This document shows positions 18,502 to 27,726 of a DNA stretch of 59,466 bases, in pieces. The DNA is from a virus, in IMG/VR virus record IMGVR_UViG_3300017762_000005; one strand, written 5' to 3'. Under the pieces are notes generated by a model, which was not told where the DNA came from, ran no database searches, and saw only the letters and a program-made list of their open reading frames with translations. A program made the position numbers and the translations under genes. Positions within the stretch are counted from its first letter, which is position 1, and each line of letters opens with the position of its first letter.

Positions 18502-18639
18502 ATGGCTCGTCAAAAATTTACACATTTTATTCCAAGAGATAAACCAAAAAAAAGAGGTCCTGGTCAACATAAAAAAAGACTTAACAAGCATGAGAAACGT
18601 CAAAGAAAACAAACACGTTACAAGGGCCAGGGGCGTTAG
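18502..18639 (+). CDS. Arg/Lys-rich micro-protein (45 aa, MARQKFTHFIPRDKPKKRGPGQHKKRLNKHEKRQRKQTRYKGQGR)
   Basis: ATG 18502. Its stop TAG 18637-18639 overlaps the GTG start of the next gene. Confidence 0.4.
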   Translation: MARQKFTHFIPRDKPKKRGPGQHKKRLNKHEKRQRKQTRYKGQGR

Positions 18640-19220
18640 TGAAAAAAATCTTATGGCAAGATTCTATAATTCATGATAATTTTTACGATGAAGACACCTC
18701 TATTCGTATAAAAGATATACTTAACATTTGTAAGGCAAATAATAATTTTGTAAATAAATCTAATGTAAATGGTTTTCAAACTAAAACTTTAGATGATAAA
18801 ATAATAGCAAAACAAATTGTAGAATGGTCTGCAATTTTAATTAAAAATGAATATAAAGTAAAATCAAATATAAAACTTGATCTAGAATTAAATAATTTTT
18901 GGATTAATGAAAATTACAAGTACAGTTATAACAGATCCCATACTCATCCCGGTGCTAATTTATCTGGTGTCTATTATTTAGATGTACCAGAAAATTCTGG
19001 TAATATTTTTTTTGAAGATTTTACTAAGCAATTTACAAATTTACACAGTTGCTTTGAAGGTGAGGAGTTTCAAAACTATATGTCCTTAAAAAATAATACA
19101 AATCAATTAGTAATTTTTCCATCTAACATTACACATGGAGTGGAAGCAAGTAAGACTGACAAACCTAGAGTATCTTTGTCTTTTAATTTAGTATTGCATT
19201 ATCAAACAAAATCTGTATAA
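18639..19220 (+). CDS. 2OG-Fe(II) oxygenase, TIGR02466-like
   Basis: 'SHTHPGANLSGVYYLDVPENSGNIFFED' and 'LVIFPSNITHGVEA...RVSLSFNL' are canonical for this family. Confidence 0.8.
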   Translation: MKKILWQDSIIHDNFYDEDTSIRIKDILNICKANNNFVNKSNVNGFQTKTLDDKIIAKQIVEWSAILIKNEYKVKSNIKLDLELNNFWINENYKYSYNRSHTHPGANLSGVYYLDVPENSGNIFFEDFTKQFTNLHSCFEGEEFQNYMSLKNNTNQLVIFPSNITHGVEASKTDKPRVSLSFNLVLHYQTKSV

Positions 19221-19228
19221 AATAACTT

Positions 19229-19429
19229 ATGAGTGATAATTTAGTAAAAATACCAGCCGAAGCAAAAGAAATAATTAAACATAAAAGATCTGGAAAAATT
19301 TATGCAACAAAAGCAGATTTTGATGCAGATGTAGCAGATCCAAATACTGATACAACTCAAGAAGACTTTAGACAAGATCTTGAAATAAAAGTTACAAGAG
19401 TTTCAATGGGTGCTGCAACAAAAGAATAA
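19229..19429 (+). CDS. Small acidic hypothetical protein
   Basis: 66-aa ORF with TAATG overlap downstream. Confidence 0.5.
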   Translation: MSDNLVKIPAEAKEIIKHKRSGKIYATKADFDADVADPNTDTTQEDFRQDLEIKVTRVSMGAATKE

Positions 19430-20364
19430 TGCTTCCAAGAGGTGCAACCGAATTACAAATGGAAATGCTTTATAAGTATGTTCCAAAAGAAGTATTAGAT
19501 CAAGTACAAATATGTACTTCTATTCCCGGTAAGGTGCCATTAGATCCTAACAAATTAAATATTCTTTGGCAAAAAAATTCTTGGGATCAACCAAATCTAC
19601 AACCTTTTTTTAGCAATAGAGAAAGACATAAAGAATATGATTGGTATGTTTTTAATAGTCATTGGAATTATGAAAAGTTTAGATACTTTCACAACATTCC
19701 ACCAGAAAAATCTGTAGTAATTAAAAATGGTATTGATAAGTTTCCAAAGAGAAAAGTTTATAAAAAAGGAGATCCTATAAAAATTATTCATCATTGCACA
19801 CCATGGAGAGGATTAAATGTTGTTCTTCGTGCTATGCAAGAAATAAAAAATCCTAATATTATATTAGATGTATATAGCTCCTCACAAGTTTATGGAGATG
19901 AATTTGCAAAATCTCACGATGAACAATTTAAACCTTTATATGAACAAGCAGAAAAATTATCTAATGTAAATTACATAGGTTATAAACCTAACGAATATAT
20001 TTTAGAACAAATGCCTAACTATGATATATTTGTTTATCCAAGTATTTTTGAAGAGACATCTTGTGCATCAGCCCTTGAGGCTTTGGCTTCTGGAGTTCAT
20101 ATAATTACAAATAATTTTGGAGCTCTATATGAAACTTGTGCAGAGTGGCCAGTATATGTAAATTATACAACTGATTATGAAAGTATGGCGATAGCTACGG
20201 GAAATGCTATTAACACTGCAGCGGAATACATGCATGAAGATTTTATACAAGATCACCTAGAAGAACAACAAAAGTTTTATAAAAGATTTTATAGTTGGAA
20301 TAAAAAAGGAATAGAATGGACAAACTTTTTAAAAGGAGCTTTGCGTGAAAGAAACAGTAAATAA
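19429..20364 (+). CDS. Glycosyltransferase, GT-B fold (group 1 / GT4-like)
   Basis: 'YPSIFEETSCASALEALASGVHIITNNFGALYE' matches the E-x7-E donor-binding region. Confidence 0.75.
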   Translation: MLPRGATELQMEMLYKYVPKEVLDQVQICTSIPGKVPLDPNKLNILWQKNSWDQPNLQPFFSNRERHKEYDWYVFNSHWNYEKFRYFHNIPPEKSVVIKNGIDKFPKRKVYKKGDPIKIIHHCTPWRGLNVVLRAMQEIKNPNIILDVYSSSQVYGDEFAKSHDEQFKPLYEQAEKLSNVNYIGYKPNEYILEQMPNYDIFVYPSIFEETSCASALEALASGVHIITNNFGALYETCAEWPVYVNYTTDYESMAIATGNAINTAAEYMHEDFIQDHLEEQQKFYKRFYSWNKKGIEWTNFLKGALRERNSK

Positions 20365-21217
20365 AGATACATATCAAACTCTTAAAGAAATCAGAGTAAA
20401 TTCGGAGTTAGGAGAAAAAGCAGTTTTACCAATGTGGAAACCTAAAACTAACCAAGAAGAACAATCTCCAATATCTATATTTCTAGCAACTCCAGTTCAT
20501 AGTGAATGTTCAATTCACTATGCTCAAGCATTACTAGAGTTTCAAAAACTATGTTTTAAGAAAAAAGTTAAGGTTAATTTTTCTTTAGTGAAATCATCTT
20601 TAGTAACTCAAGGTAGAAATCTATGTGTTGCTGGTTTTTTAGAATCAAATTATACACACATGCTTTTTATAGATTCTGATATTTATTTTAGTGCAGAATC
20701 TATCTTTAAAATGATTGAAAAAGATAAAGATGTAATATCTATACCCTATCCATTAAAAACAATTATGTGGGATAAGACTATGGATAGAATAAAAAATGGA
20801 GATATAAAAACTGTAAATGATTTAAAAAGTTCATTTAATACATACCCAATGAGAGTAGATGATGACAACAATATTAAAATTAAAGATGGGGTTATTGAAG
20901 TAACTCATAGCCCTACTGGATGTATGATGATTAAAAGATCTGTATTTGATAAGATGATAAAAGCATATCCAGACAAAAGTATTGTACAAAAAACTGTTAT
21001 AAATGGTCAATATGTAGATAGACCTCATATGTGGAATTTTTTTGACACGATTCACGACCCAGAAACAAAAACTTACTTAGGTGAAGATTTTTCATTTTGT
21101 AAACTTTGGAAAGAAATTGGAGGAATATGTCATGCTTATATTACAGATCGAATTATACATATTGGGGAGCATCAATATGAAGGACGTTTTGTTGATGAGT
21201 TGAAACCTAACAAGTAA
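20345..21217 (+). CDS. Glycosyltransferase, GT-A fold (family 2-like)
   Basis: GTG start. 'MLFIDSDIYF' (DxD), 'DVISIPYPLK', 'GCMMIKRSVFDK', 'GEDFSFCKLW'. Confidence 0.7.
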   Translation: MKETVNKDTYQTLKEIRVNSELGEKAVLPMWKPKTNQEEQSPISIFLATPVHSECSIHYAQALLEFQKLCFKKKVKVNFSLVKSSLVTQGRNLCVAGFLESNYTHMLFIDSDIYFSAESIFKMIEKDKDVISIPYPLKTIMWDKTMDRIKNGDIKTVNDLKSSFNTYPMRVDDDNNIKIKDGVIEVTHSPTGCMMIKRSVFDKMIKAYPDKSIVQKTVINGQYVDRPHMWNFFDTIHDPETKTYLGEDFSFCKLWKEIGGICHAYITDRIIHIGEHQYEGRFVDELKPNK

Positions 21218-21252
21218 AATGATACTATATGCTATTATTAGGAAAATAGACT

Positions 21253-22197
21253 ATGGATCCATTTACAATAGCATTAGCCACATTTGGCGTACAAAAACTT
21301 AGAGGTAAATCTACAAAAAGAGCATTAAGAGATGCAGCTATTGTTGGTGGTGGTTCTTATGCTTTAGGCCAAACTGCGTTTGGTGCTAACATGGGTATAG
21401 GCCAAGGTTCAGCTTTTTCGTCATTAGGTTTTGGACAAACAGCTGCAGCTGCACCTCAAGGTAGTTTAGGAACAAGTTTTTTAAATCAAGCAAACATGCC
21501 AGCGGGAACACCAATAGGTGTAGATAAATTTGGTAATACTATAACATCTAGAGGTGGAGAACTTTCTGGATTAAATGTTATACCAAAAGCAAAAGAACCA
21601 ACAGGTATAAAAGCATTGATGGAAAAAGCTAAAAAAAATAAATTAGCAACTGCATTTACTGCAGCATCTGTATTACCATTATTAGGTGGTGATGATGTAG
21701 AAGATTTTAAACCACCATTTACAGAAGAAGATTATAAAAAAGCATACGAAGAGCAATCAGCAAAATTAAGTGGTGCTTTTGAAACTCCAACAAATATAAG
21801 ACCATCGAGAGCCGAAACGTTTGGTTCAAATATGTTTTACGCAAACGAAGGTGGCTTAGCTACAGCTTTACCAAAATTTAATAAAGGTGGTGTGAACTAC
21901 CTACCATCTAAATCTGATCATGATGAAAATGATGTGAATAATTATGTAAGAGCAGAAGGATATGTAGAAGATGGTGCAGGTAACGGAGATAAAGATGAAG
22001 ACACTATGTTAGCACAATTAGCTGACGGTGAGTTTGTATCTAGAGCTGATGCAGTGCTTGGTGCTGGTATTTTATCTGGTGGTAACCCAAAAGATTATAA
22101 GAGCATGAGAAAAGCTGGAGCAAGTTTTTTTTATGATCAACAAAAAAAATTAAAAAGAGTTTACGATTTAGTTAATGCAGACACAAAAGAAAATTAA
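21253..22197 (+). CDS. Internal virion or ejection-module protein (Gly/Ala-rich)
   Basis: 314-aa ORF, first of the Gly/Ala/Gln-rich block; 'LAQLADGEFVSRADAV' motif. Confidence 0.45.
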   Translation: MDPFTIALATFGVQKLRGKSTKRALRDAAIVGGGSYALGQTAFGANMGIGQGSAFSSLGFGQTAAAAPQGSLGTSFLNQANMPAGTPIGVDKFGNTITSRGGELSGLNVIPKAKEPTGIKALMEKAKKNKLATAFTAASVLPLLGGDDVEDFKPPFTEEDYKKAYEEQSAKLSGAFETPTNIRPSRAETFGSNMFYANEGGLATALPKFNKGGVNYLPSKSDHDENDVNNYVRAEGYVEDGAGNGDKDEDTMLAQLADGEFVSRADAVLGAGILSGGNPKDYKSMRKAGASFFYDQQKKLKRVYDLVNADTKEN

Positions 22198-22633
22198 AAA
22201 AGGAGTAGAGGTAATATCTATACAACCTTCTCAAATAGAAGAGATATGGCCTTTGGTACATTTTATGATTTATGAAGCTTTAAATTACAGTGGTAGATAT
22301 GCAGAGCCAAATGATATTAAAAAATTATTATTATCTGGAGACAATCAATTGTTTTTAATATTTGGATCTGAAGATGGCGTTGAAAACAAAGTATTTGGAT
22401 TAGCTACAACTAGAGTATTTGAAAATCCAAATTTTAAAGAATTACAAGGTTTAATTTGTACTGGAAAGAAAATGGAATTATGGGAAGAAAAATTAATTAA
22501 TATGTTAGAATCTTTTGCTAGAACAAATGGTTGTAAAAAAATTAAGGCTTACATGAGACCTGGATACAAAAAAATTATGCCGAAGTATGGCTATAAAACA
22601 AGACATGTTGAATTTGAAAAGGAGTTAAATTAA
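22175..22633 (+). CDS. GNAT-fold acetyltransferase-like protein
   Basis: 152 aa with alternating beta/alpha pattern and C-terminal 'GCKKIKAYMRPGYKKIMPKYGYK'. Weak motif-level call. Confidence 0.35.
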   Translation: MQTQKKIKKGVEVISIQPSQIEEIWPLVHFMIYEALNYSGRYAEPNDIKKLLLSGDNQLFLIFGSEDGVENKVFGLATTRVFENPNFKELQGLICTGKKMELWEEKLINMLESFARTNGCKKIKAYMRPGYKKIMPKYGYKTRHVEFEKELN

Positions 22634-23479
22634 ATGAGTATATTTGGAGGAGGATCCTCGGGAGGAGGAGGTGGTGGAAGTTCTACAGGAACACAAACTA
22701 CTATTGCTAGAGAAGCACCGGGAGTAGAGGCTAGAAAACTATCACTTTATGATGAAGCTGCTGGTCTTGCTAAAACACCAGTTAACTTACCTGGTATACA
22801 AGTTGCACCAATTACTCCACTAGAACAAGCTGGTATAACTCAAGCTGGTACAACAGGAGCTGGAGCAGGAACTGTTACTCAAGGTATTGCTTCATTACAA
22901 GCTGGACAACAAGCTCCAAACATATCACAATTTTTTAATCCTTATCAATCATATGTTACTGATGAAATTAATAGACAAGCACAAATGGCTACTAACCAAT
23001 TATCTGCACAAGCAGTTGGAGCTGGAGCTTTTGGTGGTGGTAGACAAGGTATTGCTCAAGCAGAATTAGAAAGAGCTAGATTAGCTCAAGTAGGTCAAGC
23101 TCAAGCTCAAGGTTTTCAAACTGCATTAGGAGCTGCTCAACAACAAAGAGCTCAACAGTTAGCAACTGGTCAAGCATTAGGCCAAGCTGGTTTACAACAA
23201 CAAGCTATGTTCCAAGCAGATATAAATCAACAAATGCAGGCAGGTGCTCTGCAAAGAGGAATTGGTCAGCAGGCTTTAGAAGCACAAAGACAAACTGAAT
23301 TACAAAGAGCTTATGAACCTTATCAAAGAATTGAATTCTTAAAAGGTATCATGACTAATTTACCAACAACACAAAGTACTGTAACCGCAACCACGGCTCC
23401 CGGCTCTAATCCATTAGCACAAGCAGCTGGAACTGCTTTGGGTGGTTATGCAGCTTATAATATGATGCAGCCGAGGTAA
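22634..23479 (+). CDS. Internal virion protein (Gln/Ala-rich)
   Basis: 281 aa with a poly-Gly N-terminus and long Q/A-rich helical region. Confidence 0.5.
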   Translation: MSIFGGGSSGGGGGGSSTGTQTTIAREAPGVEARKLSLYDEAAGLAKTPVNLPGIQVAPITPLEQAGITQAGTTGAGAGTVTQGIASLQAGQQAPNISQFFNPYQSYVTDEINRQAQMATNQLSAQAVGAGAFGGGRQGIAQAELERARLAQVGQAQAQGFQTALGAAQQQRAQQLATGQALGQAGLQQQAMFQADINQQMQAGALQRGIGQQALEAQRQTELQRAYEPYQRIEFLKGIMTNLPTTQSTVTATTAPGSNPLAQAAGTALGGYAAYNMMQPR

Positions 23480-23481
23480 CT

Positions 23482-24342
23482 ATGGATAAAGTATTAACAA
23501 GAAAATTATTTAAAGATAGATATTTTAAAAGTTTAAAACCAACTATTAAACATTTTAATACTGGTGGACTTGGATCACTATCTTCAAAAGAGAAAGCAAT
23601 CTATGCAGCAACTTTAGCTGCACCCTTGCTTCAAGCAAAAGGGGAAGGTATTGCTCCCGCATTATCTGCATTAGGTGAAGGTGTTGGAAAATTACCAGCA
23701 ACTATTTTATCAGTAGAAAAAGCAAAAGGCTCTGGAAAAGGTGTAAGAACTTTGGGAGAACAAGAATTAAAAGCTTATAATTTACCAAAAGGCACAGTAG
23801 CTCAAGTTGATGGAACTGGAAAAATTACTGTTGTATCTAAACCCTCTGCTGAATCTATTAAACAAATTCAAGGAAGTAAAAGAGTAAGAACTATTTTATC
23901 TAGAATAGGTGATGACTATTATAAATTAGGTAAGCCTGTAGGGTTTGGTGATATGAGTAGAATTAGAGCATCACTTGGTAAAGTAGGTGGCTCACAATTT
24001 TCAAAAGACTACGGTGCTTTTAAAAGTAGAATACAACAAGCAACATCATTCGTAACACAAGCGATCTCAGGTGCTGCAGTATCAGAACAAGAAGCAGAAA
24101 GAATTACAAAACTAATTCCACAAGTAGGAGATACTGAAGCTACGTTTGAAGCAAAATTACAAGCGTTAGATAGTTACTTTGCAGATGCTATTGCAATTGC
24201 AGAAGATAACAATGCAGACTTTACTACTGCATTAGAAATTATGGAGGCTTCAGGCAAAGGTGCTTCTAACTATGTTGATTTAAGTGAAGGTGTTACTATT
24301 AAACAATATGATGGTAACAAATACGATGTAAGTGCAAATTAA
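23482..24342 (+). CDS. Internal virion protein
   Basis: 286-aa ORF between two other ejection-type proteins. Confidence 0.45.
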   Translation: MDKVLTRKLFKDRYFKSLKPTIKHFNTGGLGSLSSKEKAIYAATLAAPLLQAKGEGIAPALSALGEGVGKLPATILSVEKAKGSGKGVRTLGEQELKAYNLPKGTVAQVDGTGKITVVSKPSAESIKQIQGSKRVRTILSRIGDDYYKLGKPVGFGDMSRIRASLGKVGGSQFSKDYGAFKSRIQQATSFVTQAISGAAVSEQEAERITKLIPQVGDTEATFEAKLQALDSYFADAIAIAEDNNADFTTALEIMEASGKGASNYVDLSEGVTIKQYDGNKYDVSAN

Positions 24343-24350
24343 GGATTTAT

Positions 24351-27080
24351 ATGGCAGAGATAGTTGTACAAAACGAAACATTCAAAATAAAAGGTTCAAC
24401 TCCTACACCTAAAGAGCAACTAGCTATTGACTCTGTATTAGCTGCAAAAGGAAATACTAAGGGAGGTGGTTTAAGTTTTGATGACGAGATGAAACTTATG
24501 ATTACACCTGAAGAAGTTTTATCAGATGCTGCTAAGGGTAAATATAATAAAGATACAGAAAGTTTTTTAGCTAGTCCAGACTTTATGAGAATAGTAACAG
24601 AGGTAGGTTTATCTATTGCTGGTGGTATTGCTGGTGTAGCTGCAGCTCCATTTACTGGGGGTTCATCTTTAGTTGGTACATCTATCGCTGCTGCAAGAAT
24701 AGCTAGAATTGCTAGACCACTTATAAATTTAAGTAAAAATAAACAAAAAATTTTAGCAGGAGTGACTGGAGCTGGAATTGGGGGTGGAGCTGGTGCAGCT
24801 ATCTCTCAAACATTTGATCCTAAAGAAAGTATTGTTAGAGAAGTTGCAAGGGGCACAGCCCAAGGTGCTTTTGGAGAATTACTTGGTTTTGGTATGGCTG
24901 GTGCATTAGCAAAAATTTCAAACAAAGTTACTGGAGCATCTATAAAAACAATTGATGGTGCTAGAGATGTAGTTAAAGGATTAGATGCGGATAAATTGTT
25001 TTATAAAGAAGTAGCAAAAATTAAAGAAACTGGAAAATTACCATCTAAAGAAGTTTTAGATAAATTAGTGGGTAAAGGCTTAACTGAGGAAGCATTAAAA
25101 AGTACAGTCACACTTAGTCCACAACAAAGAGTTATTTTAGAGAGCTTAGAATTAAGCGATGAAGCATACAAAAGTGCTCAACAAGCTAGACCAGATTTTT
25201 TTGATAAAAAGAAAAGATTATTAGGCAAAGGAGAAGAGTTTGTTTTTGAAAGAGGAAATATTGTAGCTGGTAAATTAACAGATCAGTCTGGGGTAGAGTT
25301 AGCTTCTTCTCTTGCCGCTGCTTCTATTGGTGGTGGTGCATTTATAAGAAATGCAGAGGGATTAGGAAGAATAACAACAATTGAATCTATCGATCAATTT
25401 ACAAAAGTATTAACAAAAGATTTACCAAAAATAGATTATGATGCCGCTAAAGATGGGGTCACTCAATTTTTAAACGCACAAATAAAAGGTAATTATACAG
25501 ATATCTATCAAGGAACTAAAAATAAATTATGGAATGATCTTACTGCTGATATAAACGCAACAGTAAGAAGAGCAGACGGATCAATGGACCCAGCTTATGA
25601 TGTTGTAATTAGAGGTCCTGAAGTACCAAAAACAATACGGGTAAGAGAAAGACAACCTAATGGTAAATATGAAAATAAAGATGTTTCAAATTTAGATGAT
25701 TATATTTATGAAGCACAAGCAAAAAATATGGATGTTAGAAATACTGATGTAAGTGATATGTTATCTATGGTTGGAAGACTGGAAGGAAGAGCTGATTATA
25801 ATAGATTTAAAAATGTTTATACTGCTATTGGAGATAAAATAGGTCTTACTGGTACAGCATCTTCAGTAAGAGCAGAACTTTTAAAAAGAATGGAATCCAT
25901 GTTAGCTAATTCTCCACTACCTGCTGCAGTAAATGCAAAAAGAGTAATTGCTTCAGGTTTTACTAATTTAGGTGCAAAACCTTTTCAACAAGAAACAATT
26001 AAAAAATTATTAAATTCACAGATGGGGCAAGAAACCTTATATAAAAATATCATAGGTGCAGGTAAACCAAGTTACTTTAGATCATTTAATCAAAGTTTAA
26101 AGGATGCAAAATTTACAGTTGGTGGAAAACAAGTTGGTGGAAAACAAGTCGGTGGAACACAATTTGATGTTTTTCCAAATAGATTAGCAATTAGAGGTGC
26201 ACTACAAGGACAATTTTTAAAAGATTTTTTAAATAGTAGTGTAGATAAAGCTGGTCAATATTTTAATTTAAATAAAACTAAAGCTGAAAAATTTTTAAAA
26301 GATTATGATTGGTTATTAGGGAAAGATCCAATAACAAAAAAACCAGTTGGTTTTTTAGATGATACACAAATAAAAGGTATCAGAGATTATGTGAGAAGAA
26401 TTCAAATGGTTGAAGGTAAAATTAAACCACCAGGGTCTGCGGGAACAAGTGGTGAGATGTTAGTACAAATGAAACAAGCTGGTGCTATTTCACAAATTGT
26501 AGGTGTAGTCGGTTTTTCTACAGGTACAATTGATCCGGGTGCTGCAACATTTTTTGTATTAGGTCCTACTGCTTTAGCTTATGCTTTATCAAGACCTTCA
26601 ACTACAAAAGCTTTAATAGATGGTTTAGGAGGTGCGAGTAAAGGTATTGGTAAAGTTGGTAAAATTGATAGCTTTCCAAAATTAGAAAGATATATTGGAC
26701 AACTTGGAAGTGCATTAGTTGCTGAAGGAATAATAGGTGCACAAGAAGCTGAAGCAGCAATCAATCAACTTAATGGTAACAAAGAAGCTTTTGAAAAATA
26801 TTTTGAAAATGGAGTTATGCCTAATGCACCAGCAACAAGACAGTTTCAACCAGAAAATGCACCTGCAATAGAAGTAGACCCATATGTAGAATCTGGAATA
26901 CAAAAACAAGGTTCTGGTCAAAGAGTCGGTTCTATAGTAGGCTCAGACACTAGTAACATACCTTTACCAAATGTTACTCCATCTAACCTACCAATGGGTG
27001 GTCAATCTAATACTGAATTAGCACAAGCCCTTAACCTTTTTAATAAGGGAGGAATAGTAAGTGCCAAGAAAAACTTCTAA
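24351..27080 (+). CDS. Large internal virion / DNA-ejection protein
   Basis: Largest ORF (909 aa), with Gly-rich hydrophobic stretches and the internal tandem 'VGGKQVGGKQVGGTQ'. Position is typical for podovirus core proteins. Confidence 0.55.
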   Translation: MAEIVVQNETFKIKGSTPTPKEQLAIDSVLAAKGNTKGGGLSFDDEMKLMITPEEVLSDAAKGKYNKDTESFLASPDFMRIVTEVGLSIAGGIAGVAAAPFTGGSSLVGTSIAAARIARIARPLINLSKNKQKILAGVTGAGIGGGAGAAISQTFDPKESIVREVARGTAQGAFGELLGFGMAGALAKISNKVTGASIKTIDGARDVVKGLDADKLFYKEVAKIKETGKLPSKEVLDKLVGKGLTEEALKSTVTLSPQQRVILESLELSDEAYKSAQQARPDFFDKKKRLLGKGEEFVFERGNIVAGKLTDQSGVELASSLAAASIGGGAFIRNAEGLGRITTIESIDQFTKVLTKDLPKIDYDAAKDGVTQFLNAQIKGNYTDIYQGTKNKLWNDLTADINATVRRADGSMDPAYDVVIRGPEVPKTIRVRERQPNGKYENKDVSNLDDYIYEAQAKNMDVRNTDVSDMLSMVGRLEGRADYNRFKNVYTAIGDKIGLTGTASSVRAELLKRMESMLANSPLPAAVNAKRVIASGFTNLGAKPFQQETIKKLLNSQMGQETLYKNIIGAGKPSYFRSFNQSLKDAKFTVGGKQVGGKQVGGTQFDVFPNRLAIRGALQGQFLKDFLNSSVDKAGQYFNLNKTKAEKFLKDYDWLLGKDPITKKPVGFLDDTQIKGIRDYVRRIQMVEGKIKPPGSAGTSGEMLVQMKQAGAISQIVGVVGFSTGTIDPGAATFFVLGPTALAYALSRPSTTKALIDGLGGASKGIGKVGKIDSFPKLERYIGQLGSALVAEGIIGAQEAEAAINQLNGNKEAFEKYFENGVMPNAPATRQFQPENAPAIEVDPYVESGIQKQGSGQRVGSIVGSDTSNIPLPNVTPSNLPMGGQSNTELAQALNLFNKGGIVSAKKNF

Positions 27081-27273
27081 AGATAATCTAGCCCATCAAA
27101 GAATTGATGACCATGAGAAGTTGTGCAGAATCATGCAAGAGCAAACTAATAAACAAATTAAAGATTTACATACAGACGTACATAGAATTGAAAAAATACT
27201 TATATCTTCTACTGCGTTTTTAATGACTTCAATGATAGGAATAATTGTTGCTCTTCTATTCAAAGTATTCTAG
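27061..27273 (+). CDS. Tail-anchored membrane protein (holin, antiholin or exclusion candidate)
   Basis: GTG start. Single C-terminal TM 'AFLMTSMIGIIVALLFKVF'. Confidence 0.45.
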   Translation: MPRKTSKDNLAHQRIDDHEKLCRIMQEQTNKQIKDLHTDVHRIEKILISSTAFLMTSMIGIIVALLFKVF

Positions 27274-27282
27274 AACATTTAT

Positions 27283-27726
27283 GTGTTTGAAAAAAATAAA
27301 ATAAAATTTGCACAACCCTTTGATTTTAATTCTTGTTCAAGAATATTAAATTCAGGCCATTATGTATCTCAAATAAATAGTCAATGGTTATCAGAATATG
27401 TATTACATTCTACTTTTCAAATAAAAGGTATACAAGAAAATCCAGATTTAAGAGATATGTACAATTACTTACAAAAAAATTTTAATAAAAATAATTCTAA
27501 TTCTGATTTAGATATTTTTTATAGTATGCAATCAGGAATTAAAAGCCCAACACATAGAGACGATTATGATGTATTTATTATTGGAGCATTAGGAAGAACT
27601 TTATATAAAGTAGAAGACAAAGAATTTATTGTAGAACCTGGTGATATGCTTCATATACCAGCAAGAAGTTTACATGTAGCAATTGGTTTAGATCCTAGAA
27701 TTATTTTTTCATATGCAACTTATTAA
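27283..27726 (+). CDS. Cupin / JmjC-like oxygenase
   Basis: 'PTHRDDYDVFIIGALG' (HxD) and 'GDMLHIPARSLHVAIG'. Confidence 0.55.
   Translation: MFEKNKIKFAQPFDFNSCSRILNSGHYVSQINSQWLSEYVLHSTFQIKGIQENPDLRDMYNYLQKNFNKNNSNSDLDIFYSMQSGIKSPTHRDDYDVFIIGALGRTLYKVEDKEFIVEPGDMLHIPARSLHVAIGLDPRIIFSYATY

Noticed and set aside
22887-23069. + strand alternative-frame ORF (60 aa) inside 22634..23479
   Set aside because: It is an out-of-frame reading of a Gln/Ala-rich repeat region, is barely above the cutoff, and has no RBS.
26115-26160. 15-bp x3 tandem repeat (VGGKQ VGGKQ VGGTQ) in the 909-aa internal protein
   Set aside because: It is real but small, and reads as a simple in-frame duplication in a Gly-rich linker. 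It is not a separate element.
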